A DNA stretch of 64,000 nucleotides. Origin: Orbicella franksi (lineage: Eukaryota). Below, piece by piece: positions 1 through 11,941 of this stretch; position 1 is the stretch's first letter, and each line of letters begins with the position of its first letter. Location: assembly GCA_964199315.1 (NCBI GenBank), contig OZ116702.1, forward strand, positions 32,240,001-32,304,000, read 5' to 3'. The notes under the pieces were generated by a model. It did not search any database and was not told the DNA's origin. It saw nothing but the letters and a program-made list of their open reading frames with translations. Made by a program: the position numbers and the translations under genes.

Positions 1-2229
1 AACCTAAACCTCAGAAATGGTAAAATAAAGTGAATTGTCGACAGCATCTCTGGAGGTAATGATCTGTTTATGGGGGACTAAAATATCCTCAATGTTTCAC
101 ATAGGACACGACTGCAAAGTGAAAAATTCCACCAGTTTTACAAGACTGGCTCAACAACTAAAAGGAAAACATCTGGCTTATATATTGCCTTGGGAAGATA
201 TTACCTAGAACACTCCTTTAAAAACCTTTCAAACTACAGCTACCAAACAGACATACAAACTGTCGAAGCATGTCCAAGCGTTTAGCATGATATGTTCACT
301 TGAATAATGTAAGTATGTAGCCTTCTTTTTCAGACGTCGTGAAAAGAAACATCTGCCTTGTGCAGTAAATCATCTACGTACAGTACTATTCAACTTCTGC
401 GTTTTTTAAGTTTCTCTATGTTGAAATCCATTGCCATCCTCGTTAGCTATTCTAGCTTCTTAATAAGGCCAATCATTTGCTTATTGCTCGAGAAGTCAAA
501 CATTATCTTGGGATTCCCAGGCAGTGATTGAGCTTCATGAATCTAACTGTGCCCTTCAAGAATTTGGTACGAGTAGTATCACTGCCTTGCTAGCTACATA
601 AGAACAGTGATCCAATCACCATGTTTTATGCAGTACAGAATTATTCTCTCGAGGTTAGTTTTGAGAAGTTGGAAGTACATCAAAACAATATTCCCCTAGA
701 TGACAATTTTCTATTCTTCTGCTTGGAAAACAGTCATGCAGGTCTCTCTTTGAAACTGAAGCATTAAACAGTAACCCTAATATTGCTCACAAAGTAACTA
801 GCATCTATTATAATTATTGTAATCCAGTCTGGTTTAAGGTGGGTGACCTCCTCAGATGCATGCTATTCAACTGATCTCAACTGTACAAAGTAGTACTCAG
901 GATTTGACAATCATCTGAAACGTAGCAATTCAAGCAGTGACATTGATCTGTCATACTGATAAACGAGCTTTAAAGCAATTGTCCAAAGAAAAGTTAAACA
1001 TGCAACATTCCTTTAGTGGGTAAGTGTATTAGTAAGTCAGTGTAAGTCAGAAGCTGGTTACAAAACTCCATGCATGTAAAATTTCTTTGCAAAACCTCTT
1101 TGGTGTTGTCAGCCTAGTTAAATATATGTATGGGAAAACACAGTGAAGAAGAATGTAAACTGCATTTTGGTAAAATCAGACTTGTGCATCAAAAGAATAC
1201 AGGAGAGACATTGAGAAGCAACAGATCAGAACTCTATTGATACTGTTTACATTTAAGCAAGAGGAAGCTACTTTTGCCAGAAAAGTGTCTGAGGTAGCAA
1301 TCATATTTAAGGGTAGTCTACTTCCAAGGAGTTAAAAATTGGCATCACTATTTTCTCTCTTGCCAGGATCACACCCAGGTGCTTGTTATGTAGGGGTGAC
1401 TGCCAGGAAGAAAAGTCAATCGGAAAACACCCCCAATGTGAATTAAGGTCTTTCAAGGAGACACGAGAATATGAGCAAAGTGACAGAACTACATGTAAAA
1501 AGTAAGATCAGAAATGAGCTAAACTAAAAAGAAGCAAGTTACAGCTTAGGTTCCAATCTGCCTAAATTTCTGACTGAACAGTTTGTGACTGAAATCTGAG
1601 ATACATGTTCTTAACCATCGAAATGTTGGTTTTCTCTCTGCTTTGGTTAATTCAGAATTACCACACGGAGATGCATAATACTTTCTATGCGGATTGTTAG
1701 TGCTTTGACTGACTAATAAGAATAATCACTGATACCAAAATGATTTCAATAAAGCATTGGATTAATGTAAAAAATAATCATCATTAACATATTACCTCAA
1801 ATTCTGATACAATTTAACAGCCATTCATGGGTACACAGGCTCTACTGTTGCCATTCATAACAAGATACACATGTAAGCCACCATGCAGCTATATGGAGCA
1901 GCCATCTCCATGGAAAATGCATCACCACAGTCAAGAAAGTACATCAAACATTAGCTTGTTTGAGTACTTCACACGACTTCCATGTGATATTGGTAAACAC
2001 ATGGCACTCTGATTCTCCCCATTATTACTAGTGCTCACTGTACACTTGTACATGAAAGTATAAATTATAAAGGTCCCCTCTGGTGTTTCTTTTGTATGAA
2101 TTACTGCTTTCGATACAAAAGCAGTGAATTAACCCACTGGATGTTTAAGACATGCTTGGAACACAACATCTGGCAGCTTCTTGCAGTACTAACTAGTTCT
2201 GTGAGACTGGACACCATTTGAGAATTGCC

Positions 2230-5200
2230 TCAGAGCCCAAACCTTTCAGCTCTTTTCTTTTTAGCCTGACGAGGAACAAAAGCAGAAACTTAATAAGTAC
2301 ATCAATGACTTCTACCACAGAAAAAATGGCTATTTTACATTGGTTCAATGAAACGTGAAACAAGGAATGTTTACAGTCTTATAAACTCACTTCCGACATA
2401 TCTCCAGGTGATGCTGTTACAGCAACACCAAAGCGCTGTTTTCTTTTCAGTAACTTGTCTTTCTCTTCAAGCTGTGAATGAGATCATCAGGATTTAAAAC
2501 CAAAGTAGCACAATTTATAATGAAACTGTGCAGTATGAACTGGAAATCATCTTTAAGGATTTAGAAAACAAATATATTTTGTACAAATTGTACTTGTTTG
2601 GAATTTAAATACATTTATCCTTATAAACAAGGTAAACTCAGTTTCTTAAATGACGAGTAACAACACTAGATCACACTAACTCTTCCTTGAGAATGAAGTA
2701 TTGTTTACCTTAGCAATCGAAGGGGAAACTGCACCAAATCTTTCAGCTCTTTTCTTAAGCTTCTCAACATCCACATCCTGCATATTAAAGAGAAGGTAAG
2801 TTTCAATACATAAATATATTCATTAGTGTTGCAAAGAAGAAATGTAAAGAATGGAGTAGGTTGAGGTCAATCAAGGTTAACCATGGCTAAGGAAAAGAAA
2901 CAATTTTTTATAGGAATACTGTATGTATGAATGATTTGAAATTTACATGAAGACATACCATGTGACTGCAGTTATCAGCAACCATCAAAATCAAGGTCTT
3001 CAAAGTTATACGTGGAACTAGAATTTACCTTTGGTCCAATGATTGGTGAGTTCTTTGCTGTTCCATTACTGGCTGGACTTGATAAACCAAATCTGAAAAA
3101 AAACGTCCATGAAACTTGTTTAATCAAACTGTACTGCCTTGAATTTACCACCTTCATGCAGTGTAGTACTCAATTACTACTAAACATCCGAAGTTCAGTT
3201 TCTTCTCATGATGAAGAACTTCTTGCCCATAAAATAATACAGCTAGTATTAAATGAAACAAGACCTCTGAAATTGTGGTAATGCTTGATACAGTCAAGTG
3301 CATCACATTCAAGAGTACAGATTACTCTTAGCCAGTGCACAAAGTGTACATGCACAGGCAGTGTCGGTCTAAGCAGTTGTCAGAGAGGAAGACCAAAGAG
3401 ACCTTGAAAAGAACACTACCTAGAGGTAAGAGTTTGGTGAAAAAGGTTGGTGTGATGCTGGGGTTTGTGCATAGGGCCGAGAATCACAGTGAGAGAGAGA
3501 TTGTAAGGCAAGACCATATGTCCCAGTTGGGGATTTGGAAATGACAATGATCATGATGGCAATTCAATGAACCACCAAATTTCTATTTAACTACCATTTA
3601 CATCCATACCTGTTGACTAACTCTTCTATAGGGTAGCTAATAATTAGAATACAATTTTAAGGGTTAAGTGATATGTTAGGACTGACCTTTGTGCTCTAGC
3701 TTGCTTCTTGTCAGTATCTGTCACTGGGGGAGATTGGCCAAATCTTTCCAATCTTTGAGCCTTTTTCTATCAAACAACAAAATAACCAAATATTTCAAGG
3801 ACTAATTTAATTGATAACTAAGTTTAATAAATGACTTTCATGCATTGAGTGCTACATGTACTGTACTCTTATACTTCTGGTTGGTGCAGAATGCTCTGCC
3901 CTGTCAAAATGTTGTGTAGTACATAGTAGGCAGGAAAACAAAAGAAGTAAGCAATAAAGGACATGCATGTATGTGGATTTATTAAAGTCAGATTGGCAAA
4001 CTCCAGTGTGAAGAGGAAAACAAATACTGTAATTAACTGTTGGCAGCAAAATTACCAGCTGCCAGCACTTACTGACAGGGCTGAATACTACATACAGCTG
4101 TTTTGAAAAAGGTTGTCGGAATAAAGCGTAAAAGTCCACGCAACAATCCTGAAAGTTAGTATGGGTAGAAATAGAAAGCTGCTGCACATGCTAAATGCTC
4201 AATGCGATAAAACAAAAACACGGCAAATGTCATTTCTTAGGTTTTCTTTTTCTTCAGACTTTGGGTTCTTTCAGCCACACTGACTTTTCAAGTTATTTTA
4301 AACTAAAAGTTATGCAACAGGGAAAGAAAAGCTACAGGTTGTATGAGTGGAAAACCTACAAATGTAATGTATCCTTGCTAATACTTCCCACGCAAAAATA
4401 CAAATTTATAGATTTCCTCTACACCGGTATGCAAAATCTCAATGAATACCCAGACCACCATTCAATCTTGTCACATAGGCTTGACACTTTCATGAGACAA
4501 CCTTTCCCCAAATTGCTGCATTTAATATACATTGTATAAATTTACCTGTTCATCGGTCAGGGTACCTTGACTGGGAGTTTTTCCTGGGGGTGTAATGGGC
4601 ACCCTTTTACTGTAGAAAAAGAGAGTAGAAAAAAAGAGTTCACACTTCCACAATATTATCAAAAATATTTGATGTTTGTTTTATGGGAGCAGTCCAGTAC
4701 AATGACCTTCAATGCTACGATATAATAATTGAATGAAATTAAAACCACCTGTACAGACTTGTATATAAAGATTTTAAACATATCTACTGGGTTTATACTT
4801 ACACAGGACTACCTAGTGGTTGTTTTTCATCTTTTTCTGCCGTCAAATCCTGGAAAAAAAATTGCCAATTGAATGTAAGTACTCTGATTAAAACTTCACA
4901 AAAGTTACAAATTTTGTGAACCCAAAAAGGAATTTCTAACTATAATAGTTAGATGTGCCACATGAATTCATAGTCATTCCCTTCTCCTCTTGTCAATAAC
5001 AGGACTGAACGAACAGGATGTGCGTCATATTAAAGGTAAACTAAAGTATTTCTATCAGCCCGCCCCTCCCCTCCCTAGAAGGGGGATGGCTTGTGCGCAC
5101 AGTGTGAACCCCCTCCCCAATCCCTTTCTCAGCATTTTGCTGGACCCATCTATGCACCTGTGAGGAGAGAGGCACTGTGAGAGGGAAGGGTGTTGCACAA

Positions 5201-6283
5201 GAACCTGGCCACGGCTCAAACTACTTGATACGAAGTCCAGCACATTGATCCTTTAGTTTACTGCATGTCCTCTGCTCATAATACTGATTTGCACTGTCAA
5301 CCAAAGAATTAAATTTAAAAAATATTTCAAGAACATGCCAGAGTTTGAAAACACTGTCTATAAGTTTCCCACATCAAAACGTCACCTGGTTGATTTCTTT
5401 TTCTTTTGTTTCTATGTCCAAGTCATCATCAAAATGCTCTGGCACATCCTCTGTGACATCGTCATCATCCAAGTCATCAGCATCATTGTCTAACTCATGG
5501 TCATCAGCAATCTCTTCGGTTTCATCTTGATAAACAATCCCTGACAATAAAATATGTTTATCACTATTTATTTATTTAATTATTATCAATACCTTCTTTA
5601 CAGAGTAAATGGTAATAGAGATGTTTCTGTTATAGAAGGGAGGTCTGACTACTTGAGCACATTAAACTTAATATCCAGAAAAAAACAGCATTGAGCCAAT
5701 CAGGCTATGAGCTTTGTGTTGTTATAGAAACCACACTCACCTTGTTCTGAGAGACACTTTTCTAATCTTGCTTGTAAATCACTTTTGTTGCCCTTGGTTG
5801 GAAGACCACGATCTGCAAGCTCTTTCTTTAACTCAGCTACCTTTGAAATTACAAAATTTTTGATAAGTCATTCGGTTAATGAGTTGAGACACTGGATAAA
5901 CAAAACAATGGTGTCGTTTAGCAGTCAATGTTTTCATCCCTAGGTAAGGAAGCACGGTTTTAACTGTAGATTAGGTACAGGGCAAGCTTTCTTCAATGAG
6001 ATGCTGCCGATGGATGTTACAAAACCAGAATACATGCTCGTAACTGAAAGCAACTGAAGCACGTATAGAGCAACCCGCGACCGTCAGAATTCAACGATTA
6101 CACACTTCGTTGTTAACAAGCGTCTTCGCAGCATGTTAGCATTTAACACTGAAATTATGAAAAATGTGTGAGCAGTAGTAGCAATTACATTATTTTTTCA
6201 CGACTAGCTCTCACTTAAACCTCGCAAAGAAATGAAAATACCTTGAGTTTCTTCAAGCTTATTACTGCCCCGGTGTCCGCCAT
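2230..6283 (-). CDS. SARNP: SAP domain-containing ribonucleoprotein (CIP29/THO1 family mRNA export factor), 10 coding exons, 245 aa
   Basis: Exons 6242-6283, 5741-5840, 5386-5540, 4803-4849, 4546-4609, 3687-3766, 3029-3092, 2709-2777, 2391-2471, 2230-2265. All introns are GT-AG and phases are consistent (738 nt). The N-terminal SAP domain reads LKKLKVAELKKELADRGLPTKGNKSDLQARL, then an acidic linker, then repeated K/R-x-x-RFG motifs (RLERFG, RAQRFG, KRAERFG, KRKQRFG, KRAERFGL*) typical of SARNP. Confidence 0.93.
5054..5230 (+). repeat. Degenerate interspersed (SINE-like) repeat fragment in a SARNP intron
   Basis: GC-rich island containing GGAGAGAGGCACTGTGAGAG..GTGTTGCACAAGAAC, which I recall as resembling an abundant cnidarian SINE-type core. 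Recognition only, no alignment run. Confidence 0.35.
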
Positions 6284-6460
6284 CTTGTCTTGCTGAGCGT
6301 CAGTGCGCACGTGTCGTCTGCCCCATATGCATTATGGGAATTATACTTCCTATGGAGTACCGCTGAAAATGGCGGAAAGGAGCTCGAGAAAAACGTCGAG
6401 AAACATCTGTCGGAATGCCTGAATTTTGGTTGTCTTAGGGAAGAAAATTCAAGTTTCAAG
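6284..6460. promoter_or_regulatory. Compact bidirectional promoter region between SARNP and SNF8
   Basis: The two ATGs diverge with only 177 bp between them. The segment is CpG-richer than its flanks. YY1-like AA(A/G)ATGGCGG motifs occur on both strands (one overlapping the SARNP ATG, one at ~6366). Confidence 0.7.
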
Positions 6461-9400
6461 ATGCGTAGAGGGCCAGGAGGAGTTGGTGCAATAAACAGGC
6501 AACGTCTTGCGAGGGTAAATACTGGTAGCGGAGTTCAAAAGTACTCAAAATGGTTGAGACTCTATCTGGTATCCAGTCACTTCGCTCAATAGATCATTCC
6601 TCGTTCTTTCATCCACTGCCAAGCCAAACTCCGTTAGTTTAGGTAGCGAACTCGGCCTAGCCTGTGTGGAGCGATCTAACTTTTGGTTGGAGCGAACTGA
6701 CTTGGGGCGATTTAACAGTGGAGCAAACTGAATGACCGTAATTCATTCTACCTTTATTTTTTTAACTTTTGAGCTAGTGTTTTTTTTTTCAGGAAAAGTA
6801 TGCTACGAAGGGAACGGAAATAGCAGACATCCAGTTATCACAAGTAAAATAAATTAGTTTTTGTAATATGATAATTTTTTGTTTAACTTCAGAAATGCAG
6901 AGCTGCTGCCAAACAACAGCAACAACGACAACTTTATTTGTACTCAGCTAGAAATTAAATGAACAAAAATAAGTTAAAATAAAAAGAGTACATACACAGT
7001 TATACAAACCAGCAAGTGATCAGATCTGTCCTCCTTCCCAAGCAGAGACTTCACAACATCAGTTTACAATAATATAATTAATTACATAACCGTCTGTTTT
7101 GCTAGATGGGAAAACAGCTGGATTCCTTCAAGTCATCTCTTGAAGACTTTGCAGGAAAGTACAAACAGGAAATCAAGAAGAACCCAGAGTTTAGAGGTCA
7201 CTTTCAACAGATGTGTGCTCGCATTGGTGTCGACCCACTGGCATGTATGTCAATTTTTTTAAAAAAAGATGAGTTCAAGTGAAGTCAAGTTTGATTTTAG
7301 TAAGCTACAGTTGTTATTTCTAATAATATTAATGAAGCAGTTTGAGGCATCAAATGACAAGATGCTGCGAAATCATACGTGACTACAACAGTGTCTGTCT
7401 TTTCATCACTTCCCAGCCTAGAGGCGTGCAGTCTTGGTTTCTCTTTGTTCCTTTGCTGGCATGTTGAAAGAAGTTGTATAGAGGAATGAAGATAGCAAAA
7501 GGGGGTGTGATCATGTTTCACACACAAATAATTTGTAATAAAATCCACGCTTCATGTATACTTTTAGCTGCTTTTACCAATGGTTTTTCATAAATTCACA
7601 AAATCTTTATGCATTATGCAATAGTCCCTATCAGGTGCCATGCATAAACCCTTAGCCACCCTTAGGAATTAGATTTCCATCACTTTGTCAGGTCTCAAAC
7701 AAAATGCTTGTCATTTATATCTTAGCGAGCAAAGGTTTCTGGGCAGAGCTACTCGGTGTAGGAGACTTTTACTATGAGGTGTGTAGAGACTCTCAATTTT
7801 CATCCTGCTGGATCTAATGCACTGTCTTTTTAATGTGAACACCAAACTTTCATTTTAAATAATAAGCAAAATAAATGTCTATTATACTGTCTAGTTCAAT
7901 TAATTTTAATTCACAACACGATAAAACTGTCTTTTGTACCTTTGCAATGATGTCAGCAACATCAAAACGTCAGACAACTCTAATAATTATCTCCTCAGAG
8001 CTTTATTATCTAGCTCTCTGCACGCACTGCAGGCCTATGATTCTCCCTCATCATAGGCCTGCAGTGCGTGCAGAGAGCTAGATAATAAAGCTCTGAGGAG
8101 ATAATATTATAGTATTTTTCAATAGTAGTGTTAATGCTATATTCACAAAAATTATGAAAATAGTTAATTATTAATATATTTTGCCATTTTAACTAATAGC
8201 TTGGTGTTCAAATTGTTGAGATCTGCATGGCAACAAGGCCACGAAATGGAGGTTAGTGCAGATATTTGTCAATATATATAATATTAATTTTTTTAATTCT
8301 CATTTATTTAGCAATCTTAAGTTAATAATTTCTGTTGCAAGGTTTAAATTGTAATTTTTTGTGCTTGACAGGTTTGATGGCACTGGACGAATTGCACAAA
8401 AAAGTCCTGAAAACGAGCAAATCCAGACAAGATGTATCTGAGTGGGTATTACAATATTAAACAAGAATACTGAATAAATGCAACCCAAGATCTCCAGCAT
8501 AAAATGAATGAGAATTGGTCCAGCAAACCCAATAAAGCCTTAAAAAATATATATAGGCCTGCAACACGTGCAGAAGGCACAATACATGCAGAGAGCTATG
8601 TAGCTAGCTGGGGCCCTTTGAGGCCCTACATGTATGATACAAAGTAATGAAAGAAGTTATACTTCTATTCATTTCATTGATGTTAGTTTCAGCAAGTTAC
8701 TGGGAAATATTAGTGACATTTAGTGAGGAGCTTTCATTTGATCTTGTTCATTGCAGAGATGACTTGGCACGTGCAATAAAAAAACTTCATGTGATGGGCA
8801 GTGGTTTTCAAATTCTACCAGTTGGTAACAAACGGCTGGTCCAGTCAGTGCCGGGAGAACTGAGCATGGATCATGCTGCAGCACTTCAGCTGGCTCAGGT
8901 TTGGTCTTTTAGACTTTCTGAAATTGCAACCCCATCTGCTCATTTACTTAGCATGAAGATTAGCGAGAAATCGCAACCTATGTATTGTTCCTTCTTATAT
9001 AGTGGACTTTCTGCAGCTTTCACTGCCCTCATTGCTCAGGTGGATGTAATCTGAGCATCCTGACAAGGTGTCTTTTGTGATTGATTTTCCAATGATGAAA
9101 CTTAAATGGTGGACCATATTTTTCAGGGCAATGGGTACACATCAGTTTCAGCCATCATGAAGGATTTAGGATGGGAAGCTGATCGTACAAAGCGAATCTT
9201 GGTAAGTTACAAAAACACTAGTTACTGCCATCAAAATGGGTGACGTCTTCCACCTGGCTTAAGCCAGGATTTGAAAAGTGGCCGTCCAAAATGTGCCATA
9301 GGCCTGGTCAAATGATCAATTTATAAGGCTACATATGAAAAATAAAACAATTTTCTTTAGAAAGTGGCTGTCCACAGGACGTCTGGACACTCATGTCTTA

Positions 9401-9598
9401 TCTTCCAAGATAATGACCTATGTTTTTTTCTGGACACTAATTTGGCGGTATTCAATTTGGTTCGGCTAAAACCTCAATTGTGAGTGTTTTGGTTTCTTGT
9501 TGTAGGATCACATGGTTCATGAAGAGATGGCCTGGGTTGATGACCAAGCACCCAGTGAAAGATTATACTGGTTCCCAGGCCTCTTCCCAGAAACCTGA
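6461..9598 (+). CDS. SNF8: ESCRT-II subunit Vps22/EAP30, 9 coding exons, 242 aa
   Basis: Exons 6461-6514, 6793-6843, 7106-7244, 7726-7778, 8200-8251, 8372-8441, 8757-8898, 9127-9201, 9506-9598; GT-AG and in phase (729 nt). The protein MRRGPGGVGAI...[39 protein letters not shown]...DDLARAIKKL...QSVPGELSMDH...WVDDQAPSERLYWFPGLF closely matches SNF8. Confidence 0.97.
7986..8105. repeat. Perfect inverted repeat (56-bp arms, 8-nt loop) in SNF8 intron 4
   Basis: 7986-8041 is the exact reverse complement of 8050-8105. The loop is TCTCCCTC. Confidence 0.95.
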
Positions 9599-11396
9599 CA
9601 AGCCTTGGAATCAAAAATACGAAGAGAAGATAATATTGTCTGCATGCAGAAAGTGATTGCAGGAAGAAATGCTACTGTAGGCTGACAAAGCTGAAGAATC
9701 CACAAGTTAATACTTGTTACTAAAAGCTGTCAAACTATCTTCGAGAAGTTGGCTAAATGGTGTTAAGACATAGACAGTGATGTACAGATGCTTCAGTAGG
9801 GAGCTTAAGAATACTATGACAGCAACACCCAAGAGGACATCGTTAAAAAAGATTAGATAAGCAAAACAATCCCTATGTTCAAGTTTTGACATGTCGTAGC
9901 CACACTCCACAAAACAAAAATGTGATATGTCCAAATTCTGAATATTTTTGAGAATTTTTATGAGCCATGTTGGCCAATGTTTTGTATTTCCTTTTGGCAT
10001 TTACTACTGGCATTACATGTTTTGTTTGAGCAAGTTTCTAGACCTACTGGTGTACTGAGCAGATGTGGAAAATTTGTAGGTCCAGAGAATACCATACTGC
10101 CCTCACAGAAGAGTTTTTTTTATTATTATTTCCAAGACCCCTGCCCCCACCCCTCTGGAAATTCCAATTAAGCTTGATACATTTCTTTAAATGTTTTGTC
10201 TTAGAGAACCCCCACCCTGCAGGAAATTCCAATCCCTTCTGTGGAGGGGAGTATTGATATTTTCTGGAACTGCACAATGTGAAATTCAAAGGTAAAATGT
10301 AATCTGTTATTCTACTGGGCATTGTCCATGGCATCAATTAAGCTCCCTATTCTTTCCAGTTGTGTCTCTCCCCCCCCCCCCCCCTACCTCAAACTGGTAC
10401 CATGGTGGCACTGCTCTGCAAGGACAAGGGACCACAATATAAAGACCCCAACAAGTGTTCAGTAGGCCATTTGCACTATACTAATTTTAACTTGGCTACA
10501 AGGCTTGGCGGAACAAAACAAAGCAAATTAATTTTTCATCCCTCAGCCTTGATTCAATTTCTTTTGTTTTATTCTCCCGAGCCTCAGACCAAAATTGGAA
10601 GTTTTATACCTTGAAAATGGCCTGTTGACAGCCACTTAATCTGGAGTTCAACGCACTGATCATTAAGACACCACAACCCCCAGAAAAGAATAACTTGGAT
10701 TAATAAACATTTTACTTTATTCATGAATATTACAGAGATGTTTAAGATCACTCTACTGTTAAATACTTCTATTACCATATAATAAAATACTAAAATTTAC
10801 GATAAACTAAGCATTAAATAACTATAACGGTCCATATTAAAAAGCTAACTGAAGAATACTGTTGATTTGATGAAGATCTAAAACATAAGTACCAACTGTT
10901 TGTTTGAGTGTCATTTAATACATGTAACTGTCCTTAAGCCCTTTACCCCCTTTACCTGTTAATAAACAACAGGTATTACATCTGTTCACCATAAGTTACA
11001 CATTTTAAAATACGTTCCACCCTCACCTACAAATATCAGGTTAATATCTTATGAAAAAGGAGTAAGCAGCCGTCCATGCAAATGCTCATAAAAGATTCCC
11101 CACTGCTCTTTACAAACTATCAAATTTCACAGTCAAACATGCTCGTAATTATTTTGATCATTCCAGCATTCCCATAGTCAGTACTGGACGTAATCAAAAA
11201 TTACTTGATATAAATGTTATCTTGGTAGAACTTCTACAAACAGGCAAAGACACCTAAGTAAGGTTCAACTAGACATGCATGATAACAGAGAGATACCCTT
11301 GCCCTTCTGTTTGTCTGGTTGTGATCACATGAAAAACAATTTTCATTTGCATGAGTGGTACAAACTTAAAACTGAAAATTGCTCATCAAACAAAGA

Positions 11397-11492
11397 GCAG
11401 TAAAGTAAAATATGATGCAGTAAAGTAAAATATGATGCAGTAAAGTAAAATATGACGCAGTTAAGTAAAATATGATGCAGTAAAATAAAATA
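11397..11492. repeat. 20-bp minisatellite, ~4.8 copies
   Basis: GCAGTAAAGTAAAATATGAT repeated in tandem with single substitutions. Confidence 0.9.
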
Positions 11493-11941
11493 CAACGTCC
11501 CTACAGTATTTAGCTATTTTCTTGGCTCACAAAATAGCTTACCAAAAAGCACAAAACAGCAAACACAAAAATAAAGACCTTGCATTCTCAAAAATAAATT
11601 TTATGAAATAATTCAGACCCACACAACCAGAAGATGATGAGCCTGTGCTGGTGCTTTCCGTAGCGCCTCAATAAATCCATGTAATTACAAAAATAACAAT
11701 TATATTAAACAGCAGTGCAAGTTTATGTCTTCAATGCAGCTTAATTGTAAGTAAAAGAGTGGTAAAAGTGGCAAAAAGAATGAAAACCAATTCTCAAAAT
11801 AAGTTTTTTTTTTAGAGGAAAAGTACCCCAAAAATAAAAGTGGACCACGGCTCAAATGCTTAAAGTCAAGTTATGTTCTGGTAAAAAAAAAAAAAAATCT
11901 TGGTCTGTTCTTGCTAGAAGATTCGAATCTCTTCCGAGTTC

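Noticed and set aside
1-2200. Possible terminal exons of a + strand gene (e.g. 521-566, ~1368-1446) and AATAAA at ~1748
   Set aside because: The short frames have plausible splice sites but no recognisable protein and no consistent multi-exon chain. The region may simply be UTR.
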